Origin: Octopus vulgaris
Lineage: Eukaryota
Direction of reading: 5' to 3'
Assembly: GCA_951406725.2 (NCBI GenBank)
Contig: OX597815.1
Coordinates: forward strand, 60,078,001-60,142,000
DNA: 64,000 nucleotides
In this document: positions 27,105 through 39,444 of the stretch, piece after piece
Position numbering within the stretch: position 1 is the first letter of the stretch
How the letters are laid out: every line of letters begins with the position of its first letter
Translations under genes and position numbers: made by a program
The notes under the pieces: generated by a model
What the model was told of the DNA's origin: nothing
Database searches by the model: none
The model's input: only the letters and a program-made list of their open reading frames with translations

Positions 27105-27248
27105 AACTATGGGCGTTTAGTTCACAAGTAATCTAAACGACTTGGTACGCTGAGGGAGTGCTGTAACAGATTACCAGTGCCCCAAGCTTATAGCTGAGAC
27201 GGGAGTTATGGAACCATTGTAGACTTCCGATACAGCGGATATTTAATA

Positions 27249-28513
27249 AAGAGAACAACAAACGCTAAGGTAAGACAAACATCTCAAGTCATATACGTTA
27301 TTATTATTAGAAAGATTTAGTCTTACAGCTGTTTCTGGGATATCCCAATATATGTGATAATCTGGAATTCCACATCATTAGCCAGTTACGTAGCAATTCC
27401 ACAGTATGTACACCATCTAATTAATAAAAAATACAATATAAGTTATCTTGGGCTATAATAAATTCTGGCATCCCACATCAGGGCCAGCGCTCCACTTGTG
27501 GACTCTTCCTAAAAGAAGCCCCCAAACTTTTAACCCATAACTCACTACAATTACTCAGTAAACACAACGAAGCCTTCATAAGGTGTAAACAAATTCTTCC
27601 GCGCTTTTAAATTCTTCCATAAATCCAAGTGTAAACTTGCCTCCCGCACATAATATTCACATACATACCTCCATAGTTGTATTTATATACCCTTGTATAT
27701 CTTTTCCATCAACCTTAGTACCTTAGTACCTTAGATGATAACTGTTAATTTCACACTCATACCCGCCTTAGCTAGAAATATTTCTATAGCCACTGACCTT
27801 AGCCATAAAACGGACACAAACATTTACTACTTGGCTTCCTACCCCAACTCCCTACAAACTAGAACAGCTCTAGCATCTGCTACTCCATTGGATCCCTTTC
27901 ATTTTACTTTATTTTGTATTCGTTACGCTATCTTCCTTTACCTCCTCATCCTCTCTTCGTATTTACCCTTATATATTCATTTATCCTCTTGTTTATTTTT
28001 GTACATTAAATTTCTGTATACCTTATTTTATCCTTCATACCAATCCTTACATTCCTCCTCCATTCTCTGTACCTTCAGCTTCCCTACCAATACCTTTCTC
28101 CCGTTCTATTTATTTTTCTTTCTCTTTAACCCTCAGTAGCCATTTCTGCAACCATTCTCTTAGTAAACATCGATATGTTCGCATTTATCTCTGGATATTT
28201 ACACTATGAAGGCTATAACCATACATAGATTTACATAGGGTTGCACTAAAGGACTTATAGACTAACATCTACACCATCGGAAAGTTGAACTATGAATGTT
28301 TATGCTTCTGTTTCCTCATTCTTTTTCTCCAGTACTTTATTTCATCGTTTCCTTAATCTATACTCTTCACGCTTTTCCTATTTGTCTCCGATGTAGGAGC
28401 ATCCCATATTTTTTGGGGATATCCCAGAAACAGCTGTAAGACTTTAAACTTTTCTGATAATAAAGTATATGACTTGAGATGTTTGTCTTACCTTAGCGTT
28501 TGTTGTCCTCTTT
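27249..28513 (+). mobile_element. Decayed PLE-derived segment bounded by ~100-bp inverted repeats containing the HHR 3' half
   Basis: 27249-27350 is the reverse complement of 28410-28513 (gggatatcccagaaacagctgtaagac..gtatatgacttgagatgtttgtcttaccttagcgtttgttg). Confidence 0.75.
28384..28442 (+). ncRNA. Degenerate hammerhead
   Basis: gtct-CCGATGT-agga..atccc..gggat..ccca-GAAA-cagctg-TA-agac. Confidence 0.55.
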
Positions 28514-28525
28514 AACAATTACACA

Positions 28526-28619
<94 letters not shown>

Positions 28620-28623
28620 CTCA

Positions 28624-28671
<48 letters not shown>

Positions 28672-28680
28672 GAAAGTTGT

Positions 28681-29097
28681 AGACAAAGTAGAAAATGCTG
28701 AAATATTTTTATCATAAAGAACATTTTAGTACCGGTTTCAGTCTTTGCGGCGTTTTTAACTTTAGAGTAAAGCAAGAAAAACAATTAAATCGTGGAAAAT
28801 TAAATGAACCGTTTTTTAAAAAAAATATTTCCATAGTTTTCAAATGTAAGGAACATTTTCCTTTTTTCTGTCTGTCTCTGTCTCTCGCAAGAGTAAAAAA
28901 GAGAGACAGAAACAGACAGAAAAAAGGAAAATGTCCCTTGCATTTGAAAACTATGGAAATATTAAAAAAAAAATAATTCATTTAATTTTTGTACAATTTA
29001 ATTGTTTTTCATGCTTTACTCTAAGTTGAAAAAGTCGCAAAGGCTGAATCCGGTACTGAAATTTTCTTCTTGATAAAATCAGCATTTTCTACCTTAT

Positions 29098-29099
<2 letters not shown>
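28681..29099. mobile_element. ~420-bp foldback palindrome (MITE-like)
   Basis: gtagaaaatgctga..tttccatagttttcaaatg.aagg.acattttcctttttt ctgtctgt is mirrored by acagacagaaaaaaggaaaatgt..catttgaaaactatggaaa..tcagcattttctac; centre ~28890. Confidence 0.88.
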
Positions 29100-29138
<39 letters not shown>

Positions 29139-29143
<5 letters not shown>

Positions 29144-29345
29144 ATCCAAAGATGAAAACACAAAGAGAAAACACAACAACGCGAGGACGTGGAACAAATA
29201 TAGTATTATTGGACGCCGAGGAAGGAAGGGAAGAAGGAGGGTTTTTACGTTTCGAGCGGAGCTCTTCGTCAGAAACATAGGAAAAGGAAAGATCCAGAGA
29301 AGAGAAGACAGAGAAAAAAATCGCCAACGGTACACACGCGGTCAC
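29139..29345 (-). mobile_element. PLE-type terminal repeat fragment inserted at (TA)n
   Basis: Reverse complement aligns to 9290-9450. Confidence 0.72.
29241..29276 (-). ncRNA. Minimal hammerhead, canonical core
   Basis: Minus strand: gttt-CTGACGA-a-gagc-tcc-gctc-GAAA-cgt-A-aaaac. Confidence 0.72.
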
Positions 29346-29374
29346 ATATATATATGTATGTACAAAGGGTAAGG

Positions 29375-29708
29375 GTGACTCCCTTCGGTCATGAATGATC
29401 ATGGGATTTCACCCAGAAAGTTACCCTCCGAGGCACAAGATAGGGAAATGTTGTTTATGGAAGACCAGCAATCACCCATGCATACCAGCCTCTCCTCTCC
29501 ACGCCACCGATGTTATCCAAGAGAAAGACATGCCGAAAGGGCTTCGCACCAGTGTCGCCGCAACTCATTTCTACATCTGTGTGAACTGGAGCAATGTGAA
29601 ATAAAGTGTTTTGCTCAAGAGTACAACACGTAGCCCGGTCCGGGAATCGAACTTACAACCTCACGATCGTAAGCTTGACGCCCCAACCACTGAGCCGTGT
29701 GTCTACAC
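29375..29708 (-). mobile_element. tRNA-derived SINE
   Basis: Minus-strand head cggctcagtggttggggcg..gttcgattcccggaccggg; body aligns to 55457-55753. Confidence 0.85.
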
Positions 29709-29725
29709 ACACACATACATATACA

Positions 29726-29961
29726 GACAAGGTGTTCACAAAGTCTCTCCGTAGTAAGTATTTAATGGTTTTCGGGTGATTCTTGTACACTGGCTCTTTA
29801 CTTGCTCCCCAGAAAAATGTCTGGCGGTGTGAAATCAGGTGAACTTGGTGACCAAAGTTCCTACGAATTTATCCGTTCACTGAAAAACTCTTGAAGTAGC
29901 ACCATGGTGATGCGTAGGATGAAAGAAATTCACCGCGGAGACACCATTTGATCACCCTGTA
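29726..29961 (-). mobile_element. Internally deleted Tc1/mariner-superfamily derivative
   Basis: Imperfect TIRs aca(a/g)ggtg.tca..tctccg. Minus strand encodes WSPSSPDFTPPDIFLG (WPPxSPDLxPxDFFLWG motif). Confidence 0.65.
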
Positions 29962-30915
29962 TATATACTCATACATCATACTTACATACATACAAACGTA
30001 CACATAAAGACAAAAAAACACGCGCGCACACATGCTCCCCCACAGACACAAACACATATATATAATTTTAATATCCATCTCTCAATCATTTTAATGTATT
30101 TCATTTTTGTAATGGAAATCATTGAAATATAGCAGAGGTGGACAAGAAATTCCCCATTTAGGGAAAGAGAGGGAGACAGAGAGGGGAGAGAAAGAAAGAG
30201 AGTAAGAGTGAAAAAAGAGAATAGGATGAGAGAAAGCGGGAAATACAGTGGAAAAGAAAAAAGAAGACTAAGAGAAGAGAAAAGAAAAGAGGGAAAGAGA
30301 AGAGATAATAAAAGAGACTACGATAAGAAAGGAGAGAAGTAAAAAGAAAAGAGGAAGTGACCGATATTTACATATTTTTATTTATTTTTTTAACGTTTAT
30401 TTATTACAATTTCTTGCATAGTTTTGTTTTTATTGTTTCAAATATATTTCTTTGTTGTCAAAGAATCTTAAAAGTGTACTTCTATAGGGTTCTTTGACAA
30501 TTTCACGAAGAATTAGGAAATATTTTGCATAAAGTGTTTATTGTTTATTGTCGTTTGTATATGTTTTTGTTTCAAAAAGTTTTTAACATTTGATCTAGTA
30601 TCTAACCATGGATTTGGAGGCTGAAGTTGATTTTGCCGTCTTGAATATTGCAAAGTAGATAATTAGTCAGTTAGAGTTTATATCTCTTTAATATCTATTC
30701 TGTTTTCTTGTTGTCTGAATCACTAAGCAGATTAAAGATGTCCTTGCATATTTTATTCATTGCATATTTTATTCATGCTTAATGTATCCTAAACCTACGT
30801 TATCTAATGTGTCTTAATGTGTCCCATCATGTTCTTCCACAAATAAACAGTGATCGAGAAGACATATTTCAAGGAATTCCACTCATGACTATCATATGCA
30901 CTTTATTTAAACGTA

Positions 30916-32185
30916 TATCAGGTCATCCTTTAAGTTCTGTCCAATTTTTACCTTTTTTAAAAATTGAATGAAATTTAATAGTATTTTAGAATGTCTAATG
31001 GAATTAAAAATTATTTTTATGCATTTGTGTACATTTAAACTAATTAATATTATTTTACAGAATAATAGAATTAAAATTTCTTTGATTAAAACCCTTTCTA
31101 ACATGGAAGTATCCAAAAAGCATTTGAGGCACATAATGCTTTATGAGTACAAAAAAGGAAACTCTGCAGCCGAAGCGACTCGAAACATAATGCTTGAATG
31201 AAAGAACTTGCAGAAGATGGTTTGCAAAATTCAGAAGTGGAGATTTCAGCCTTGAAGATGAAGATCGAACAGGACGTCCTAAGAACAGGAATAAAAAAGG
31301 AACATTTTATGGTACAACCTAATAAGCTCTTTGATGCACTACTTGCAGAAAATCATGCATTATTAGTTGAAGAATTGGCAATAAAGCTTAGTTCAAACCA
31401 TACAACTGTTCATCGCCATCTTCAACAAATTGGAAAGGTTCCTAAACTTGAAAAATAGATGCTTCATGAATTGTCCGAAAGCAACCGCAAATCTTGAGTT
31501 GACATCCGCTCTTCTCTCCACTCTCGCAAACTCATTTCACCCTTTTTGGATAGACTTGTGAATGGTGACGAAAAATGGATCTTCTATTGAAATGTTAAGC
31601 GTCGTAAACAGTGGCTTGGTAAAAGGGAAAAAGCTCAACCACAACCGAAAAGGGAACTTCAAAGGAAAAAAGGTTCTTCTCTCTATCTGGTGGGATTGCA
31701 AAGGAGTAATTCACTTTGAATTGTTACCACCTAATGCAACAATCAGTCTACTGTCAGCAATTAGAGCGTTTGAACCAAGTTTTGAAGAAAAAAAGACTCG
31801 CTTTAGTGAATCGAAAAGGAGTGATGCTTCATCAGGACAAAGCGCGACCCCATACTGCAAAGATCACATCACAGAAGATCGAAAAAATTCCTCATCTACC
31901 TTATTCTCCCAAACTTACTCCTTCAGGCTACCATTTGTTTCGTAGTCTACAGAATCATTTGGGAGACATAACTTTCGCAAGCCAGGAGGAGGTCGAAACT
32001 GACATTTCAGAGTTCTTCGCTTTGAAACTAAACATTGATGGGATTTAAAAGCTTGTAAATAGATGGAAGGAAGTCATAGATAAATAGGAAAAGTACATTG
32101 ATGATTAAATTTCAATTAAATATAACATTTTATCACTTGTTTTCATTATTCAAAATTTGGACAGAACTTATGGGATGACCTGATA
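30916..32185 (+). mobile_element. Full-length decayed mariner DNA transposon
   Basis: TIRs tatcaggtcatcc.(t/a)taagttctgtccaa at both ends with flanking TA; 1270 bp. Confidence 0.95.
31103..32108 (+). pseudogene. Mariner transposase pseudogene
   Basis: MEVSKKHLRHIMLYEYKKGNSAAEATRNI; GDEKW; KVLLSIWWDCKGVIHFELLP; HQDKARPH; PYSPKLTPSGYHLF (third Asp lost); several frameshifts and stops. Confidence 0.93.
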
Positions 32186-33289
32186 TATGTAAGGCTACAT
32201 TTCCTCATGCATCCTTCCTATTTTATGACAGCGGAGTGTGACTTACAAGAAATTTTGCTTAATTTTAGCAAGTCAAGTGATCACCTATTAGTTTTTTAAT
32301 TGACTCACCTTCTACATTCTGTACTTGTTTTGTTCTTTACTTTGAATATCACCCATATCCCTCAATACAATAAAATAGGTACCAGTAATATACACAGGTC
32401 ACTCTAGTTGACATTACATCTCCTTAATAACTCGTCTACTTTCCTAAGATAATCTATTTATTTAATTCAGTAAATTTTAACAGAGAAACCTTTTAACGTG
32501 TCTCCTGATGAGGTAAAAGATTTTACAGAACTACTAAGAAACCTGAAAAATACTTTACGTTGCACAGATTAGTCCCAGTGCATTCTCAGTGCAAATCTCA
32601 CTTTAAATCGACATTATTTTTAATCTTTCAGATGTCGATAAAAGTTATCAAAAGCTCTGGGAACGTGTATCTACCCCGGGTACCACTATATACACTGACT
32701 GCCTATATTTCTCTTCTACAAATGCGTCATTCTGTACTGTTGTAAGAAATCATTATTTGAAATATTAAAAGTGATGAGAAATGGGAGAAATAGGAGAGTA
32801 CAGAAAAACTGGCTCATTTAGTTATGTCCCTTTATTCTTATGGCTTCAAAATCAGTCAAAATTGACTTTACAGTTCATTCTTTAGGGGTTGATAGAAAAC
32901 AGAAATAGTGGATATAATCAATTGTTTTCTAAAACAAAATCCCTGGTTTTTCCTTAACTGAGAATCCACTCTACAGTTTCATGCAAGATTCTACAGCAAC
33001 ATCATGTGCACATCTGACGTATGTACTGCATCATCATGTGCATTTGAAGTACCTATTGCATCCTCGTGTGCACCCGTGTTTCTAATATGTGTGCATTTAA
33101 GCGGTTGGGACGTAGATTTGCACGTTCCATCTTGCTTTGTGGGATTTCGCTTCTTATTTCTGGTATTTAGTTGCCACTCGCCACCATCAAAATACCGACA
33201 TCTCAGGAATAACACTCATAGGAGTGTAACTCATTGTTGCTGCTCGGCCCTATAGAAATAATAGGCAAATTTCCTGAAATTAAATACTA

Positions 33290-34110
33290 TTTAAAGGACA
33301 CATCAGATGATGGGGTTTCGTATTCCCTGTACATGGAGAAACGACGTGAAGGTTTCAACAAGAATGCCTTTATAGATCTGTTTGATGAGAGTTCCCCTGG
33401 GGCAGAACAACTACTACTCTATATTCTAAGTCGAAATCCTTCTAGGTTTTGTACACAGATTGTGGTATATATCGTGATGATAGCCTGGTTCTGTCGAAAA
33501 ATTGTGATGGTTAGATACATTGAGAAAAAATTCAATTAAAAATCCAAAAATAAAAAGAGATCCAAAAGGGCTTAGTATTACTTTTGATACTAAATTTATC
33601 ACCGTAAATCTTCTAGACACAACATTCAGATTGGATCATAACATTCTAGACACAACATTCAGATTGTTTGCATACCGCAAACAAGAAGTTAGTGTACATA
33701 CATAAACAATCAAACCACTCACCTAGTATCTTGAGAAACTTGGCCGACAATGTTAGTAAATGGATATCCTCGACATATTCCGATGTAGATGCTGTTATGG
33801 GCACTGTTAGGTATTATAAAGAGGCGCTAAGAAATAAAGGATACCCCGATAAGAGTAGATACATAAAGAAACTGTAGGAATGCACAGCTAAGAACAAGAA
33901 TAAAAAAGGAACATTTTATGGTACAACCTAATATTAACCCTGAAATAAGAACTAATATAGCTATAGAATTCCTTTGTTTAATGGATCAGCATCTTCCACT
34001 AGGGTATAAGTATAGTAAAATATACAATAGGAATAGTGCTAAGGTTTGTTGTTCAGATTGCAAGAATTTCGGTTGTGATATCAGAGGTTATAATGTTGTA
34101 AGGTTTATGT
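33290..34110 (+). pseudogene. Highly decayed PLE RT fragment with Naiad-like signatures
   Basis: SSPGAE..LLYILS; CGIYRDDSL (33461); YIHKQSNHSPSILRNL..YKEALRNKGY; RNILWYN..IRTNIAIEFL.LMD.H.P....SKIYNRN. Confidence 0.7.
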
Positions 34111-35657
34111 TGCAAAGATGTTATAATGTTGCAAATCGATTTTATAAGCACAAACATACCTGACAGTCCTAATAAAATATGTACTAAGGATTTGTAGAAA
34201 TTTATAAGAGAGCTGAACAGAAGGTATTCAGAGAAGAAACACATCTCAGGTAAGAGTTTCAGCCCTTAACTTCATACGCTTTAAGGGGGTCGGTCTGCAT
34301 CCAGGTCATCACTCTTGAGTGCCATTCTGCCGATACTTTTTAGACAAGTGGATATCGGAGACTTATACATTTAAACCGCTTGGAAATTTCATATAGCTGG
34401 AACTCAGCTTTCAAATTTATACTTAAATAAAAAATAACGCTGTTTGTCATGGTAGCAGTTAAACGTTAACGTTATCACAATGACTGAGCCAGAATGACTT
34501 CCCTACCGCAAAAATACAAAAACGGTATAAATACCTTCAAACGATATAGAAAGTTGTTTCTCATCGACAAGATCCAACTGGAACACCTCTCTGGTGTCTT
34601 TAATATTGCCTTTAGAGCTTTGATCGTATTCTTCCCAGAGACTGAGAGTTGCTTCATTATATTTGCCCACGAAAACTTTGGTTCCAACCTCTATGTCAAC
34701 AACCTTGACTTGGAAGTTGGCCTCAGAATATTGGCCAGACTTGATCAAAATCATTTGCTTTGATGAACTGGAATGGATATCTGTCATCAAACGACACTTC
34801 CTGATGATTTCTGGTTGTTTTGTTGAGCCTGGGAAGTCTTTTGAGCACTCCCACTCATCCATACCACCCGGAAAACTCCATTCCCGGGCCCCGTATGTCA
34901 TAGCTGTTCTTGACTATCATTTGCTGCATCCTGCCCTGTAGAATATTAATGGAGATATTGGTACAATGGATATTACTCTTGCCTTACTCATCCTGTGTAC
35001 GATTTCCTTAAGCATTTGATTGCGCCCCTACGTTTATCTTTTGGGGGCTAGTACTACTCTGCAGGAGCTCAGAATGTGTGCCATTGTCTACTTACCCTGG
35101 CAGAGTGGACACTCAGGATTATCTGATTTGCAACAGACCATAGACAGATCTGAGGATAAAATTTATTCTAAGAGGAGCCATATGTCAGAAGTTGTTCCAG
35201 CTGAGGTAGTTCCAGATGAGGTAGTTCCAGCTGAGGGACTTCTGGAGTGCGCTTTCCTACATCGTCCACTGGCCTTCCGGATTCTTATGATATCCTTTTC
35301 CTTTATTACCTCCTCATCTTTCTCCTGGCCTCTGATCACCATTCCATTTTTGTTACACCCAGTCCCTGCATCCACCTGCTCCTGGACTTTTCATTTCCTG
35401 CTTGCCTTCAGCTTGGGCCGGATCGACCTCACAACTGGGAATAAAGACGTTGTTTCGATGTCTTCAGAAAACTGTTTTAAAATTTTACTTAAGCAACTTA
35501 TTACTTATTTGATGGGGACAGTTTTCAGAGTAACTTCCCTTGCATGATGTCAGTCATTTTGAGATCTACAAATGAAATGAAAAATGTGAACTTCATACAG
35601 ACGTTTGTACATAGCCGTGCTTTCATCAATACACACACACATGCACACACACATAAA

Positions 35658-36167
35658 TATATAAAGAACATTAATACTCATAAGAGATATTAATGTTAGT
35701 GGCCGCAGGCTAAAACCGTAAAGGCAAAATTAATAGATATATATATAAAAGAATTATATATAACAAGGGTGCTTTTTTTAAGCACCAGATTTGCTAAAAA
35801 TAGGAGTCAAAATACTCCTAAGCCACAAAAATTAACACTAGATTTTCACAGGCAAGGTTGGAAGAAAAAACTAAGCGAAATAAGGACTGTGTCTTACCTC
35901 TGCAAAATTGCAAGAAGGAATGTCAGTTAACTTGATATCATGATTTCGAATTTAGCGCCAAAAGACGCTTGATTGTCCTCAGTAAAGTCTACAAGTAAGA
36001 AATTCATATATCACTTCAACCAATGGTGTGTTCGTTTCAGTGCCCAAGCCGCATTGAGAAAAAAACAAGTGGATACAATTCTTTGAAACTATATAAAGAA
36101 CATTAATGTTCATGAGAGATAATAATGTTAGTGGCCGCAAGCTACAACCATATAGGCAAAATTAAGA

Positions 36168-36168
<1 letters not shown>
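35658..36168 (-). mobile_element. Retrozyme-like module: 432-bp unit plus ~75-bp terminal direct repeat, one HHR
   Basis: 35658-35733 is repeated at 36090-36165. Contains gcacc..tttgctaaaaata.gagt.aaaata shared with 54841-54873. Followed by (CTAT)n. Confidence 0.7.
35931..35987 (-). ncRNA. Type I hammerhead, canonical core
   Basis: Minus strand: cttta-CTGAGGA-caat..agcg..cgct..attc-GAAA-tcatga-TA-tcaag. Confidence 0.65.
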
Positions 36169-36250
<82 letters not shown>

Positions 36251-36408
36251 ATAAAGGGCAAGCTTAGCCACTTACCGAAAAATTAGAAATAGCAGTCAAA
36301 GACCGCTTATTTCTATTTTCTACAAATATAACTCCACATATAACATATACATGTAACTCACATATGTAAAACAGGATGAAAAATAACGAAAACAAAAGTT
36401 TTCGGTTA

Positions 36409-36468
36409 GTTACGGACGCGTTTCTGGGTCAGAATTATAAACAAATTCATTCCCGTCTTCAGCGCAAC
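36409..36468 (-). ncRNA. Type I hammerhead, canonical core
   Basis: Minus strand: gttgcg-CTGAAGA-cggg..gaatt..aattc..ccca-GAAA-cgcg-TC-cgtaac; 6-bp helix I, GUC site, palindrome ACGCGU. Confidence 0.8.
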
Positions 36469-36625
36469 ATTCCATTAGATAGATTTGCAAATGTTAATTT
36501 GCATACCTCTTGCTTCTCGACCTCGCTCCATCGGAGATAGCAGGAGATAGTCAACATAGGCCAAATCCATATAGACGAATGAATACGTATTTTCCCTCCA
36601 CAATTTTACCATGTGCATCACAAAA

Positions 36626-36662
<37 letters not shown>

Positions 36663-36663
36663 C

Positions 36664-38030
36664 TGGAGGTTTGGGGATTTCAGGTGATTTAACCTTTCCA
36701 CCACTACAGCACAATGAAGGTGGCTCTCCAGGCTACTTCCTTGCTTTACAATGTATGCACTTAGTTGTAATTGCACCAATGGAAACTCTAGTGTCGTCTG
36801 CATAATGATCTGCTGGAATCATAATTGAAAGCTGCTTCATAGAAGTTGCTTCACTAAGCTGTTGCAACTGCTCTTTGATCTGCAGTGGAGATCATATTCC
36901 TTGTCAGCCTTGTATACATCTGTTCATCACTTTGAGATGTTCTGGCTTTTGTATTTCACAGTCTGTTCGTTTCTTGGTATGCTTCCCTTTCAGCAGCTGT
37001 CTGTCTTTCTCTGGACAGAGATATTCTTTTGGCTGACCTTGACATTGTAGACAAATATGACACTTTCCTTGTAGGCATGGTTATATACGTAGACAGAAAT
37101 ACACTGGTGTAGAAGATAGTAAAAAATGAAAATAACTGGGTAACGGAAATTATATTTCTTAATAAGACGGGCAGAATGTAAATAAGAAATTTTTACAGAA
37201 AATAAAGAATTGTACGGGTCGAAGCGACATTTGTCAGTGAACCAAAGAGCCAGTATCGAAGGAACCAGAAAAAAGCCGTTAACAACAGAAAAACACAAAC
37301 CGTCGCATAAGTAGATAAGAAATTTGTAGGCAAATTTAACGAAGTGTACGGATTGAAGTGAAAGTTATGAAGTTACTTCTGTCAGTAAATTATGTATGAA
37401 ATTACTTTCATCAGTAATAGTGAACTTCTTTCTGTCAGTAATTTGTCGTTGTTTGTAAATAGCGATTGAAAACTTACAGTAACAACAATAGCGATTGAAC
37501 ATTAGAAAAACATTAGTGTCTGAAAAGTGAAAATGAAAACAATTGAGTGTGAGTGAGATATAAAGAGAGTGGAGAGAGAGAGAGAGAGAGAGAGACTGCT
37601 AGCTAGTTAGACAAATAAGATAGATATAGATAGACAGATAGATACAGAGAGATAGGTAGATATAGAGGTAGAGATGGATAGAGATGGATAGAGATATACA
37701 GAGAGACAGAGAAAGATGGATTGAGAGATATAGAAAACCGGAAGCAAATATTTTAGAAAACTTTCAAAGACGTGAATCTAATACAAAGAGCAATATTCTT
37801 TATTTGTTTTATGACCAATGGATCTAAGGGAGACAATCAGTTTCAGAAAGTTACTTCGCAAAGAGTTACGTCCTCCATGTAACCCAGAAACGGGTGTTTT
37901 CTGCCCCCAGTGGACACGCTTCTTATTATGTGAAAAATTTTAAGAGTCTAAAACCAACCCTGGAATATAAGTAATTATGTTCCTAGTTTGTAGAAGATCA
38001 GTTGAAAAATACAGCCGTTATAATCTTTTA
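36664..38030 (-). mobile_element. Helitron-derived fragment, copy 1
   Basis: 36664-37500 is nearly identical to 39934-40770; 37733-38030 is a diverged match to 41088-41376. Confidence 0.8.
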
Positions 38031-38631
38031 CACACACACATACCAGTTACACTCCTAATGTCGACCAATCGACCTTAATATCTCCTAACCCGGAGAAGTA
38101 AAAAAAGAATCTATGATTCGTTAACAGTCGAATATATATCACTTTTGTAGTCGTCGACGCCAAAGTCGTTATGGATGTTGTTCTCTATGTTGTGGATGTT
38201 TATTAATGTCGCTGCCATTTCAATATTGCAGGGAGGGGAAAAAGAAAAAGAAGTAAAGAAGAAGGTATTAAAAATGAAAATAGATTAGAAGGCAGATGGG
38301 AGAAAGAAGAGCTATAGTGATTCAAGGGAGAGAGAAAAAGAGGCAGAGGGGAGTTACAGGATGAGGAGTTCGGAGATAAACATTGTACAACCATGTTATT
38401 GAAGTTTTGGTTGATTTTCTCCTTGTTTGTTTTTGTTGTCAAGAAGGTTTGGCCAAACAGTATTGAATCATTGATTATTTTTTTATTATTTTTCTCATAT
38501 AATTTTGTATATTTATTTTTGTTTTTAGATTTCAATCAATAATGGCGGATCAAATTTTAACCCAGTTATTTTTCCGTTTGAGCTAGAAAAAACTATATAC
38601 ATACATATATATATGCATATATACATATATT

Positions 38632-38708
<77 letters not shown>

Positions 38709-38715
38709 CATACAT

Positions 38716-38754
<39 letters not shown>

Positions 38755-38763
38755 CATACATAC

Positions 38764-38817
<54 letters not shown>

Positions 38818-39281
38818 GTGTGTTTGTGTGTGTGCGGGTCTGAATGTGTGTGTATACATATATTAAAATAAAACAAAATTTAAAAAATAACTGATGAGCA
38901 GAAACTTTTTCCCATTCCTTGTCTGTTTCGTTCTCTCTTTTTCGCTCATTTTCTATTGGCATCTTGTTCTTTACTTCCCTTTTTTACTCGCTCTCTCATA
39001 GTTTCTTTTAATCTACTAACACTCTCATTGTTTCTTTCTGTCTACTGCTCCTCTCATTACTATTCTCGCACGCTTTCTTCATTCCTCTCCATTTTAGCAA
39101 TCAGTCCCATATCATATTTGCATTTCACTTTTTCACACTTGTTACCGTCTTAAACACGAAATAAAATTTAAAAAACACAAACATGCAGACACAAAAGCAC
39201 GCGCGCGCGCGCGCACACACACACACACGTCAAAAACACATACATACCGATGCACGGATCTTCAAACATATTCCTTTTTCA

Positions 39282-39434
<153 letters not shown>

Positions 39435-39444
39435 TATATATACA

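Noticed and set aside
32500-32560. CTGATGA-ggt..acc-t-GAAA hammerhead-like motif
   Set aside because: No convincing helix I or III; possibly a relic but not supportable.
32996-33080. Three degenerate ~27-30-bp repeats as a CRISPR-like array
   Set aside because: Eukaryotic context, no unique spacers, no cas genes; ordinary minisatellite.
34475-35547. Overlapping ORFs with coding-like composition and a 15-bp x3 repeat at ~35188-35235
   Set aside because: No recognisable domain or splice structure; probably a decayed transposon but unassignable.
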